Shown here piece after piece: positions 28,314 to 42,599 of a stretch of 64,000 nucleotides of DNA. The position numbers and the translations under genes were made by a program. Below the pieces are notes generated by a model. That model was given only the letters and a program-made list of their open reading frames with translations. It ran no database searches and was not told the origin of the DNA. How positions within the stretch are numbered: position 1 is the first letter of the stretch; every line of letters starts with the position of its first letter. Source of the DNA: Eledone cirrhosa (Eukaryota); assembly GCA_964016885.1 (NCBI GenBank), contig OZ024745.1, positions 94,798,001 through 94,862,000 on the forward strand, read 5' to 3'.

Positions 28314-31300
28314 GTAGAATGACGTAAACTATAATTTGACAGTGTATATCAGATTCTAAGTAGAATGACGTAAAATACAATTTGACAGTGTAGAACAGAT
28401 TCTAAGTAGAATGACGTAACTATAATTTGCCAGTGCAGGACAGATTTTAAGTAGAATGACGCAAACTATAAATGGACAGTGTAGAACAGATTCTAACTAG
28501 AATGACGTAAAAGACAATTTGACAGTGTAGAACAGATTCTAAGTAGAATGACGTAAAAGACAACTTGACACTGTCGAACAGATTCTAAGTAGAATGACGT
28601 AAAAGACAATTTGACAGTGTAGAACAGATTCTAAGTAGAACGACCTAAACTATAATTCGACAGTGTAGAACAGATTCTAAGTAGAATGACGTAACAGACA
28701 ATTTGACAGTGTAGAACAGATTCTAAGTAGAATGACGTGAAAGACAATTTGACAGTGTAGAACAGATTCTAAGTCGAATGACGTAAACTATAATTTGACA
28801 TCGTAGATCAGATTCTAAGTAGAATGACATAAAAGACAATTTGACAGTGTAGAACAGATTCTAAGTAGAATGACGTAAACTATAATTTGACAGTGTAGAA
28901 CCGATTCTAAGCAGAATGACGTAAACTATCATTTGACAGTGTGGAACAGTTTCTAAGTCGAATGACGTAACAGACAAATTGACAGTGTAGAACAGATTCT
29001 AAGTAGAATGACGTGAAAGACAATTTGACAGTGGAGAACAGATTCTAAGTAGAATGACGTAAACTATAATTTGACAGTGTAGAACATATTATAAGTAGAA
29101 CGACGTAAACTATAACTTGATAGTGTAGAACAGATTCTAAGTAGAATGACGTAAACTATAATTTGACAGTGTAGAACATATTATAAATAGAATGACGTAA
29201 ACTATAATTTGCCAGTGCAGAACAGATTCAAACTAGAATGACGTAAACTATAATTTGACAGTGTAGAACAGATTTTAAGTAGAATGACGTAAACTATAAT
29301 TTGACAGTGTAGAACAGATTCTAAGTAGAATGACGTAAAAGATAATTTGACAGTGTAGAACAGATTATAAGTAGAACGACGTAAACTATCATTTACCAGT
29401 GTAGAACAGATTCTTAGTAGAATGGCGTAAACTATAATTTGACAGTGTAGAACAGATTCTAAGTAGAATGACGTAAACTATCATTTGATAGTGTGGAACA
29501 GATTCTAAGTCGAATGACGTAACAGACAATTTGACAGTGTAGAACAGAGAATCTAAGTAGAATGACGTGAAAGACAATTTGACAGTGGAGAACAGATTCT
29601 TAGTAGAATGACGTAAACTATAATTTGACAGTGTAGATCAAATTCTAAGTAGAATGACGTAAATATAATTTGCCAGTGCAGGACAGATTTTAAGTAGAAT
29701 GACGCAAACTATAAATGGACAGTGTAGAACAGGTTCTAGCTAGAATGACGTAAAAGACAATTTGACAGTGTAGAACAGATTCTAAGTAGAATGACGTAAA
29801 AGACAACTTGATACTGTCGAACAGATTCTAAGTAGAATGACGTAAAAGACAATTTGACAGTGTAGAACAGATTATAAGTAGAACGACCGAAACTATAATT
29901 CGACAGTGTAGAACAGATTCTAAGTAGAATGACGTAACAGACAATTTGACAGTGTAGAACAGATTCTAAGTAGAATGACGTGAAAGACAATTTGACGGTG
30001 TAGAACAGATTCTACGTCGAATGACGTAAACTATAATTTCACAGTGTAGATCAGATTCTAAGTAGAATGACATAAAAGACAATTTGACATTGTAGAACAA
30101 ATTCTAAGTAGAATGACGTGAAAGACAATTTGACAGTGGAGAACAGATTCTAAGTAGAATGACGTAAACTATAATTTGACAGTGTAGATCAGATTCTAAG
30201 TAGAATGACGTAAAATACAATTTGACAATGTAGAACAGATTCTAAGTAGCATGACGTAACTATAATTTGCCAGTGCAGGACAGATTTTAAGTAGAATGAC
30301 GCAAACTATAAATGGACAGTGTAGAACAGATTCTAACTAGAATGACGTAAAAGACAATTTGACAGTGTAGAACAGATTCTAAGTAGAATGACGTAAAAGA
30401 CAACTTGACACTGTCGAACAGATTCTAAGTAGAATGACGTAAAAGACAATTTGACAGTGTAGAACAGATTATAAGTAGAACGACCTAAACTATAATTCGA
30501 CAGTGTAGAACAGATTCTAAGTAGAATGACGTAAATTATAATTTGACAGTGCAGAACAGATTCTAAGTAGAATGACGTAAAATAAAATTTGACAATGTAG
30601 AACAGATTCTAAGTAGAATGACGTAACAGACAATATGACTGTGTAGAACAGATTCTAAGTAGAATGACGTAAAATAAAATTTGACAGTGTAGAACAGATT
30701 CTAAGTAGAATGACGTAAAATAAAATTTGACAATGTAGAACAGATTCTAAGTAGAATGACGTAACAGACAATATGACTGTGTAGAATAGATTCTAAGTAG
30801 AATGACGTAAAATAAAATTTGACAGTGTAGAACAGATTCTAAGTAGAATGACGTAAAATAAAATTTGACAATGTAGAACAGATTCAAAGTAGAATGACGT
30901 AAAATAAAATTTGACAGTGTAGAACAGATTCTAAGTAGAATGACGTAAAATAAAATTTGACAATGTAGAACAGATTCTAAGTAGAATGACGTAAACGACA
31001 ATTTGACAGTGTAGAACAGATTCTAAGTAGAATGACCTAAACTATAATTTGCCAGTGCAGAACAGATTCAAACTAGAATGACGTAAACTATAATTTGACC
31101 GTGTAGAACAGATTCTAACTAGAATGACGTAAAAGACAATTTGACACTGTAGAACAGATTCTAAGTAGAATGACGTAAAAGATAATTTGCCAGTGTAGAA
31201 CAGATTCTTAGTAGAATGGCGTAAACTATAATTTGACAGTGTAGAACAGATTCTAAGTAGAATGACGTAAACTATCATTTGACAGTGTGGAACAGATTCT

Positions 31301-34300
31301 AAGTCGAATGACGTAACAGACAATTTGACAGTGTAGAACAGATTCTAAGTAGAATGACGTGAAAGACAATTTGACAGTGTAGAAGAGATTCTAAGTAGAA
31401 TGACGTAAACTATAATTTGACAGTGTATATCAGATTCTAAGTAGAATGACGTAAAATACAATTTGACAGTGTAGAACAGATTCTAAGTAGAATGACGTAA
31501 CTATAATTTGCCAGTGCAGGACAGATTTTAAGTAGAATGACGCAAACTATAAATGGACAGTGTAGAACAGATTTTAACTAGAATGACGTAAAAGACAATT
31601 TGACAGTGTAGAACAGATTCTAAGTAGAATGACGTAAAAGACAACTTGACACTGTCGAACAGATTCTAAGTAGAATGACGTAAAAGACAATTTGACAGTG
31701 TAGAACAGATTCTAAGTAGAACGACCTAAACTATAATTCGACAGTGTAGAACAGATTCTAAGAAGAATGACGTAACAGACAATTTGACAGTGTAGAACAG
31801 ATTCTAAGTAGAATGACGTGAAAGACAATTTGACAGTGTAGAACAGATTCTAAGTCGAATGACGTAAACTATAATTTGACATCGTAGATCAGATTCTAAG
31901 TAGAATGACATAAAAGACAATTTGACAGTGTAGAACAGATTCTAAATAGAATGACGTAAACTATAATTTGACAGTGTAGAACCGATTCTAAGCAGAATAA
32001 CGTAAACTATTATTTGACAGTGTGGAACAGTTTCTAAGTCGAATGACGTAACAGACAAATTGACAGTGTAGAACAGATTCTAAGTAGAATGACGTGAAAG
32101 ACAATTTGACAGTGGAGAACAGATTCTAAGTAGAATGACGTAAACTATAATTTGACAGTGTAGAACATATTATAAGTAGAACGACGTAAACTATAACTTG
32201 ATAGTGTAGAACAGATTCTAAGTAGAATGACGTAAACTATAATTTGACAGTGTAGAACATATTATAAATAGAATGACGTAAACTATAATTTGCCAGTGCA
32301 GAACAGATTCAAAGTAGAATGACGTAAACTATAATTTGACAGTGTAGAACAGATTTTAAGTAGAATGACGTAAACTATAATTTGACAGTGTAGAACAGAT
32401 TCTAAGTAGAATGACGTAAAAGATAATTTGACAGTGTAGAACAGATTATAAGTAGAACGACGTAAACTATCATTTACCAGTGTAGAACAGATTCTTAGTA
32501 GAATGGCGTAAACTATAATTTGACAGTGTAGAACAGATTCTAAGTAGAATGACGTAAACTATCATTTGATAGTGTGGAACAGATTCTAAGTCGAATGACG
32601 TAACAGACAATTTGACAGTGTAGAACAGATTCTAAGTAGAATGACGTGAAAGACAATTTGACAGTGGAGAACAGATTCTTAGTAGAATGACGTAAACTAT
32701 AATTTGACAGTGTAGATCAAATTCTAAGTAGAATGACGTAAATATAATTTGCCAGTGCAGGACAGATTTTAAGTAGAATGACGCAAACTATAAATGGACA
32801 GTGTAGAACAGGTTCTAGCTAGAATGACGTAAAAGACAATTTGACAGTGTAGAACAGATTCTAAGTAGAATGACGTAAAAGACAACTTGATACTGTCGAA
32901 CAGATTCTAAGTAGAATGACGTAAAAGACAATTTGACAGTGTAGAGCAGATTATAAGTAGAACGACCTAAACTATAATTCGACAGTGTAGAACAGATTCC
33001 TAGTAGAATGACGTAACAGACAATTTGACAGTGTAGAACAGATTCTAAGTAGAATGACGTGAAAGACAATTTGACGGTGTAGAACAGATTCTAAGTCGAA
33101 TGACGTAAACTATAATTTCACAGTGTAGATCAGATTCTAAGTAGAATGACATAAAAGACAATTTGACAGTGTAGAACAAATTCTAAGTAGAATGACGTGA
33201 AAGACAATTTGACAGTGGAGAACAGATTCTAAGTAGAATGACGTAAACTATAATTTGACAGTGTAGATCAGATTCTCAGTAGAATGACGTAAAATACAAT
33301 TTGACAATGTAGAACAGATTCTAAGTAGCATGACGTTACTATAATTTGCCAGTGCAGGACAGATTTTAAGTAGAATGACGCAAACTATAAATGGACAGTG
33401 TAGAACAGATTCTAACTAGAATGACGTAAAAGACAATTTGACAGTGTAGAACAGATTCTAAGTAGAATGACGTAAAAGACAACTTGACACTGTCGAACAG
33501 ATTCTAAGTAGAATGACGTAAAAGACAATTTGACAGTGTAGAACAGATTATAAGTAGAACGACCTAAACTATAATTCGACAGTGTAGAACAGATTCTAAG
33601 TAGAATGACGTAAATTATAATTTGACAGTGCAGAACAGATTCTAAGTAGAATGACGTAAAATAAAATTTGACAATGTAGAACAGATTCTAAGTAGAATGA
33701 CGTGAAAGACAATTTGACAGTGGAGAACAGATTCTAAGTAGAATGACGTAAACTATAATTTGACAGTGTAGATCAGATTCTAAGTAGAATGACGTAAAAT
33801 ACAATTTGACAATGTAGAACAGATTCTAAGTAGCATGACGTAACTATAATTTGCCAGTGCAGGACAGATTTTAAGTAGAATGACGCAAACTATAAATGGA
33901 CAGTGTAGAACAGATTCTAACTAGAATGACGTAAAAGACAATTTGACAGTGTAGAACAGATTCTAAGTAGAATGACGTAAAAGACAACTTGACACTGTCG
34001 AACAGATTCTAAGTAGAATGACGTAAAAGACAATTTGACAGTGTAGAACAGATTATAAGTAGAACGACCTAAACTATAATTCGACAGTGTAGAACAGATT
34101 CTAAGTAGAATGACGTAAATTATAATTTGACAGTGCAGAACAGATTCTAAGTAGAATGACGTAAAATAAAATTTGACAATGTAGAACAGATTCTAAGTAG
34201 AATGACGTAACAGACAATATGACTGTGTAGAACAGATTCTAAGTAGAATGACGTAAAATAAAATTTGACAGTGTAGAACAGATTCTAAGTAGAATGACGT

Positions 34301-37300
34301 AAAATAAAATTTGACAATGTAGAACAGATTCTAAGTAGAATGACGTAACAGACAATATGACTGTGTAGAATAGATTCTAAGTAGAATGACGTAAAATAAA
34401 ATTTGACAGTGTAGAACAGATTCTAAGTAGAATGACGTAAAATAAAATTTGACAATGTAGAACAGATTCAAAGTAGAATGACGTAAAATAAAATTTGACA
34501 GTGTAGAACAGATTCTAAGTAGAATGACGTAAAATAAAATTTGACAATGTAGAACAGATTCTAAGTAGAATGACGTAAACGACAATTTGACAGTGTAGAA
34601 CAGATTCTAAGTAGAATGACCTAAACTATAATTTGCCAGTGCAGAACAGATTCAAACTAGAATGACGTAAACTATAATTTGACCGTGTAGAACAGATTCT
34701 AACTAGAATGACGTAAAAGACAATTTGACACTGTAGAACAGATTCTAAGTAGAATGACGTAAAAGATAATTTGCCAGTGTAGAACAGATTCTTAGTAGAA
34801 TGGCGTAAACTATAATTTGACAGTGTAGAACAGATTCTAAGTAGAATGACGTAAACTATCATTTGACAGTGTGGAACAGATTCTAAGTCGAATGACGTAA
34901 CAGACAATTTGACAGTGTAGAACAGATTCTAAGTAGAATGACGTGAAAGACAATTTGACAGTGTAGAAGAGATTCTAAGTAGAATGACGTAAACTATAAT
35001 TTGACAGTGTATATCAGATTCTAAGTAGAATGACGTAAAATACAATTTGACAGTGTAGAACAGATTCTAAGTAGAATGACGTAACTATAATTTGCCAGTG
35101 CAGGACAGATTTTAAGTAGAATGACGCAAACTATAAATGGACAGTGTAGAACAGATTTTAACTAGAATGACGTAAAAGACAATTTGACAGTGTAGAACAG
35201 ATTCTAAGTAGAATGACGTAAAAGACAACTTGACACTGTCGAACAGATTCTAAGTAGAATGACGTAAAAGACAATTTGACAGTGTAGAACAGATTCTAAG
35301 TAGAACGACCTAAACTATAATTCGACAGTGTAGAACAGATTCTAAGAAGAATGACGTAACAGACAATTTGACAGTGTAGAACAGATTCTAAGTAGAATGA
35401 CGTGAAAGACAATTTGACAGTGTAGAACAGATTCTAAGTCGAATGACGTAAACTATAATTTGACATCGTAGATCAGATTCTAAGTAGAATGACATAAAAG
35501 ACAATTTGACAGTGTAGAACAGATTCTAAATAGAATGACGTAAACTATAATTTGACAGTGTAGAACCGATTCTAAGCAGAATAACGTAAACTATTATTTG
35601 ACAGTGTGGAACAGTTTCTAAGTCGAATGACGTAACAGACAAATTGACAGTGTAGAACAGATTCTAAGTAGAATGACGTGAAAGACAATTTGACAGTGGA
35701 GAACAGATTCTAAGTAGAATGACGTAAACTATAATTTGACAGTGTAGAACATATTATAAGTAGAACGACGTAAACTATAACTTGATAGTGTAGAACAGAT
35801 TCTAAGTAGAATGACGTAAACTATAATTTGACAGTGTATATCAGATTCTAAGTAGAATGACGTAAAATACAATTTGACAGTGTAGAACAGATTCTAAGTA
35901 GAATGACGTAACTATAATTTGCCAGTGCAGGACAGATTTTAAGTAGAATGACGCAAACTATAAATGGACAGTGTAGAACAGATTTTAACTAGAATGACGT
36001 AAAAGACAATTTGACAGTGTAGAACAGATTCTAAGTAGAATGACGTAAAAGACAACTTGACACTGTCGAACAGATTCTAAGTAGAATGACGTAAAAGACA
36101 ATTTGACAGTGTAGAACAGATTCTAAGTAGAACGACCTAAACTATAATTCGACAGTGTAGAACAGATTCTAAGAAGAATGACGTAACAGACAATTTGACA
36201 GTGTAGAACAGATTCTAAGTAGAATGACGTGAAAGACAATTTGACAGTGTAGAACAGATTCTAAGTCGAATGACGTAAACTATAATTTGACATCGTAGAT
36301 CAGATTCTAAGTAGAATGACATAAAAGACAATTTGACAGTGTAGAACAGATTCTAAATAGAATGACGTAAACTATAATTTGACAGTGTAGAACCGATTCT
36401 AAGCAGAATAACGTAAACTATTATTTGACAGTGTGGAACAGTTTCTAAGTCGAATGACGTAACAGACAAATTGACAGTGTAGAACAGATTCTAAGTAGAA
36501 TGACGTGAAAGACAATTTGACAGTGGAGAACAGATTCTAAGTAGAATGACGTAAACTATAATTTGACAGTGTAGAACATATTATAAGTAGAACGACGTAA
36601 ACTATAACTTGATAGTGTAGAACAGATTCTAAGTAGAATGACGTAAACTATAATTTGACAGTGTAGAACATATTATAAATAGAATGACGTAAACTATAAT
36701 TTGCCAGTGCAGAACAGATTCAAAGTAGAATGACGTAAACTATAATTTGACAGTGTAGAACAGATTTTAAGTAGAATGACGTAAACTATAATTTGACAGT
36801 GTAGAACAGATTCTAAGTAGAATGACGTAAAAGATAATTTGACAGTGTAGAACAGATTATAAGTAGAACGACGTAAACTATCATTTACCAGTGTAGAACA
36901 GATTCTTAGTAGAATGGCGTAAACTATAATTTGACAGTGTAGAACAGATTCTAAGTAGAATGACGTAAACTATCATTTGATAGTGTGGAACAGATTCTAA
37001 GTCGAATGACGTAACAGACAATTTGACAGTGTAGAACAGATTCTAAGTAGAATGACGTGAAAGACAATTTGACAGTGGAGAACAGATTCTTAGTAGAATG
37101 ACGTAAACTATAATTTGACAGTGTAGATCAAATTCTAAGTAGAATGACGTAAATATAATTTGCCAGTGCAGGACAGATTTTAAGTAGAATGACGCAAACT
37201 ATAAATGGACAGTGTAGAACAGGTTCTAGCTAGAATGACGTAAAAGACAATTTGACAGTGTAGAACAGATTCTAAGTAGAATGACGTAAAAGACAACTTG

Positions 37301-40300
37301 ATACTGTCGAACAGATTCTAAGTAGAATGACGTAAAAGACAATTTGACAGTGTAGAGCAGATTATAAGTAGAACGACCTAAACTATAATTCGACAGTGTA
37401 GAACAGATTCTAAGTAGAATGACGTAACAGACAATTTGACAGTGTAGAACAGATTCTAAGTAGAATGACGTGAAAGACAATTTGACGGTGTAGAACAGAT
37501 TCTAAGTCGAATGACGTAAACTATAATTTCACAGTGTAGATCAGATTCTAAGTAGAATGACATAAAAGACAATTTGACAGTGTAGAACAAATTCTAAGTA
37601 GAATGACGTGAAAGACAATTTGACAGTGGAGAACAGATTCTAAGTAGAATGACGTAAACTATAATTTGACAGTGTAGATCAGATTCTAAGTAGAATGACG
37701 TAAAATACAATTTGACAATGTAGAACAGATTCTAAGTAGCATGACGTTACTATAATTTGCCAGTGCAGGACAGATTTTAAGTAGAATGACGCAAACTATA
37801 AATGGACAGTGTAGAACAGATTCTAACTAGAATGACGTAAAAGACAATTTGACAGTGTAGAACAGATTCTAAGTAGAATGACGTAAAAGACAACTTGACA
37901 CTGTCGAACAGATTCTAAGTAGAATGACGTAAAAGACAATTTGACAGTGTAGAACAGATTATAAGTAGAACGACCTAAACTATAATTCGACAGTGTAGAA
38001 CAGATTCTAAGTAGAATGACGTAAATTATAATTTGACAGTGCAGAACAGATTCTAAGTAGAATGACGTAAAATAAAATTTGACAATGTAGAACAGATTCT
38101 AAGTAGAATGACGTGAAAGACAATTTGACAGTGGAGAACAGATTCTAAGTAGAATGACGTAAACTATAATTTGACAGTGTAGATCAGATTCTAAGTAGAA
38201 TGACGTAAAATACAATTTGACAATGTAGAACAGATTCTAAGTAGCATGACGTAACTATAATTTGCCAGTGCAGGACAGATTTTAAGTAGAATGACGCAAA
38301 CTATAAATGGACAGTGTAGAACAGATTCTAACTAGAATGACGTAAAAGACAATTTGACAGTGTAGAACAGATTCTAAGTAGAATGACGTAAAAGACAACT
38401 TGACACTGTCGAACAGATTCTAAGTAGAATGACGTAAAAGACAATTTGACAGTGTAGAACAGATTATAAGTAGAACGACCTAAACTATAATTCGACAGTG
38501 TAGAACAGATTCTAAGTAGAATGACGTAAATTATAATTTGACAGTGCAGAACAGATTCTAAGTAGAATGACGTAAAATAAAATTTGACAATGTAGAACAG
38601 ATTCTAAGTAGAATGACGTAACAGACAATATGACTGTGTAGAACAGATTCTAAGTAGAATGACGTAAAATAAAATTTGACAGTGTAGAACAGATTCTAAG
38701 TAGAATGACGTAAAATAAAATTTGACAATGTAGAACAGATTCTAAGTAGAATGACGTAACAGACAATATGACTGTGTAGAATAGATTCTAAGTAGAATGA
38801 CGTAAAATAAAATTTGACAGTGTAGAACAGATTCTAAGTAGAATGACGTAAAATAAAATTTGACAATGTAGAACAGATTCAAAGTAGAATGACGTAAAAT
38901 AAAATTTGACAGTGTAGAACAGATTCTAAGTAGAATGACGTAAAATAAAATTTGACAATGTAGAACAGATTCTAAGTAGAATGACGTAAACGACAATTTG
39001 ACAGTGTAGAACAGATTCTAAGTAGAATGACCTAAACTATAATTTGCCAGTGCAGAACAGATTCAAACTAGAATGACGTAAACTATAATTTGACCGTGTA
39101 GAACAGATTCTAACTAGAATGACGTAAAAGACAATTTGACACTGTAGAACAGATTCTAAGTAGAATGACGTAAAAGATAATTTGCCAGTGTAGAACAGAT
39201 TCTTAGTAGAATGGCGTAAACTATAATTTGACAGTGTAGAACAGATTCTAAGTAGAATGACGTAAACTATCATTTGACAGTGTGGAACAGATTCTAAGTC
39301 GAATGACGTAACAGACAATTTGACAGTGTAGAACAGATTCTAAGTAGAATGACGTGAAAGACAATTTGACAGTGTAGAAGAGATTCTAAGTAGAATGACG
39401 TAAACTATAATTTGACAGTGTATATCAGATTCTAAGTAGAATGACGTAAAATACAATTTGACAGTGTAGAACAGATTCTAAGTAGAATGACGTAACTATA
39501 ATTTGCCAGTGCAGGACAGATTTTAAGTAGAATGACGCAAACTATAAATGGACAGTGTAGAACAGATTTTAACTAGAATGACGTAAAAGACAATTTGACA
39601 GTGTAGAACAGATTCTAAGTAGAATGACGTAAAAGACAACTTGACACTGTCGAACAGATTCTAAGTAGAATGACGTAAAAGACAATTTGACAGTGTAGAA
39701 CAGATTCTAAGTAGAACGACCTAAACTATAATTCGACAGTGTAGAACAGATTCTAAGAAGAATGACGTAACAGACAATTTGACAGTGTAGAACAGATTCT
39801 AAGTAGAATGACGTGAAAGACAATTTGACAGTGTAGAACAGATTCTAAGTCGAATGACGTAAACTATAATTTGACATCGTAGATCAGATTCTAAGTAGAA
39901 TGACATAAAAGACAATTTGACAGTGTAGAACAGATTCTAAATAGAATGACGTAAACTATAATTTGACAGTGTAGAACCGATTCTAAGCAGAATAACGTAA
40001 ACTATTATTTGACAGTGTGGAACAGTTTCTAAGTCGAATGACGTAACAGACAAATTGACAGTGTAGAACAGATTCTAAGTAGAATGACGTGAAAGACAAT
40101 TTGACAGTGGAGAACAGATTCTAAGTAGAATGACGTAAACTATAATTTGACAGTGTAGAACATATTATAAGTAGAACGACGTAAACTATAACTTGATAGT
40201 GTAGAACAGATTCTAAGTAGAATGACGTAAACTATAATTTGACAGTGTAGAACATATTATAAATAGAATGACGTAAACTATAATTTGCCAGTGCAGAACA

Positions 40301-42120
40301 GATTCAAACTAGAATGACGTAAACTATAATTTGACAGTGTAGAACAGATTTTAAGTAGAATGACGTAAACTATAATTTGACAGTGTAGAACAGATTCTAA
40401 GTAGAATGACGTAAAAGATAATTTGACAGTGTAGAACAGATTATAAGTAGAACGACGTAAACTATCATTTACCAGTGTAGAACAGATTCTTAGTAGAATG
40501 GCGTAAACTATAATTTGACAGTGTAGAACAGATTCTAAGTAGAATGACGTAAACTATCATTTGATAGTGTGGAACAGATTCTAAGTCGAATGACGTAACA
40601 GACAATTTGACAGTGTAGAACAGATTCTAAGTAGAATGACGTGAAAGACAATTTGACAGTGGAGAACAGATTCTTAGTAGAATGACGTAAACTATAATTT
40701 GACAGTGTAGATCAAATTCTAAGTAGAATGACGTAAATATAATTTGCCAGTGCAGGACAGATTTTAAGTAGAATGACGCAAACTATAAATGGACAGTGTA
40801 GAACAGGTTCTAGCTAGAATGACGTAAAAGACAATTTGACAGTGTAGAACAGATTCTAAGTAGAATGACGTAAAAGACAACTTGATACTGTCGAACAGAT
40901 TCTAAGTAGAATGACGTAAAAGACAATTTGACAGTGTAGAGCAGATTATAAGTAGAACGACCTAAACTATAATTCGACAGTGTAGAACAGATTCTAAGTA
41001 GAATGACGTAACAGACAATTTGACAGTGTAGAACAGATTCTAAGTAGAATGACGTGAAAGACAATTTGACGGTGTAGAACAGATTCTAAGTCGAATGACG
41101 TAAACTATAATTTCACAGTGTAGATCAGATTCTAAGTAGAATGACATAAAAGACAATTTGACAGTGTAGAACAAATTCTAAGTAGAATGACGTGAAAGAC
41201 AATTTGACAGTGGAGAACAGATTCTAAGTAGAATGACGTAAACTATAATTTGACAGTGTAGATCAGATTCTAAGTAGAATGACGTAAAATACAATTTGAC
41301 AATGTAGAACAGATTCTAAGTAGCATGACGTAACTATAATTTGCCAGTGCAGGACAGATTTTAAGTAGAATGACGCAAACTATAAATGGACAGTGTAGAA
41401 CAGATTCTAACTAGAATGACGTAAAAGACAATTTGACAGTGTAGAACAGATTCTAAGTAGAATGACGTAAAAGACAACTTGACACTGTCGAACAGATTCT
41501 AAGTAGAATGACGTAAAAGACAATTTGACAGTGTAGAACAGATTATAAGTAGAACGACCTAAACTATAATTCGACAGTGTAGAACAGATTCTAAGTAGAA
41601 TGACGTAAATTATAATTTGACAGTGCAGAACAGATTCTAAGTAGAATGACGTAAAATAAAATTTGACAATGTAGAACAGATTCTAAGTAGAATGACGTAA
41701 CAGACAATATGACTGTGTAGAACAGATTCTAAGTAGAATGACGTAAAATAAAATTTGACAGTGTAGAACAGATTCTAAGTAGAATGACGTAAAATAAAAT
41801 TTGACAATGTAGAACAGATTCTAAGTAGAATGACGTAACAGACAATATGACTGTGTAGAATAGATTCTAAGTAGAATGACGTAAAATAAAATTTGACAGT
41901 GTAGAACAGATTCTAAGTAGAATGACGTAAAATAAAATTTGACAATGTAGAACAGATTCAAAGTAGAATGACGTAAAATAAAATTTGACAGTGTAGAACA
42001 GATTCTAAGTAGAATGACGTAAAATAAAATTTGACAATGTAGAACAGATTCTAAGTAGAATGACGTAAACGACAATTTGACAGTGTAGAACAGATTCTAA
42101 GTAGAATGACCTAAACTATA
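27910..42120. repeat. Four-copy higher-order repeat, base unit 3,079 bp (~67 monomers), with 505-bp and 827-bp internal duplications
   Basis: ORF offsets of 3,079, 3,584 and 4,411 (29736, 32815, 37226, 40810; 30747, 34331, 38742, 41821). TAGCATGAC at 30247, 33326, 33831, 37737, 38242, 41321. GTGTATATC at 28342, 31423, 35007, 35834, 39418. Confidence 0.95.
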
Positions 42121-42599
42121 ATTTCCCAGTGCAGAACAGATTCTAAGTAGAATGACCTAAACTATAATTTCCCAGTGCAGAACAGATTCTTAGTAGAATG
42201 ACGTAAACTATAATTTGACAGTGCAGAACAGATTCTTAGTAGAATGACGTAAACTATAATTTGACAGTGTAGAACAGATTCTAATAGAATGATGTAAACT
42301 ATAATTTGACAGTGTAGAACAGGTTCTAATAGAATGATGTAAACTATAATTTGACAGTGTAGAACAGGTTCTAAATTGAATGATTTAACAGACAATTTGA
42401 CAGTGTTGAACGGATTCTAAGTAGAATGACGTAAACTATAATTTTACAGTGTAGAACAGATTCTAAGCAGAAAGATGTAAACTATAATTTGGCAATATAC
42501 AACATCATCATCATCTACATCAACAAACAAGAATATTGATGATGACGATAAATACACGAATATAACAGCAGCAGCAACGACAATATCACTGGTATTCAT

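Larger units (their letters stand above)
1..42504. repeat. 46-bp tandem satellite array (~920 monomers; runs off the left edge of the window)
   Basis: Head-to-tail AAGTAGAATGACGTAA(ACTAT/AAGAC/CAGAC)AATTTGACAGTGTAGAACAGATTCT. The first monomer spans 1-46. Minus-strand ORFs repeat every 46 aa (3 monomers). The last recognisable monomer ends at ~42,504, before a degenerate (CAT)n. Confidence 0.99.

Noticed and set aside
250-42395. About 30 minus-strand ORFs of 60-99 aa in the satellite (SFTSFYLESVLHCQI...)
   Set aside because: They are translations of the 46-bp monomer cycling through three frames. The consensus has an in-frame TAG every 46 codons, ORFs appear only where it is mutated, and most begin at non-ATG codons.
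1-42504. CRISPR-like appearance; TAATTTGACAGTGTAGA(T) loosely recalls the Cas12a repeat end
   Set aside because: Monomers are contiguous with no unique spacers, there are no cas genes, and the context is eukaryotic.
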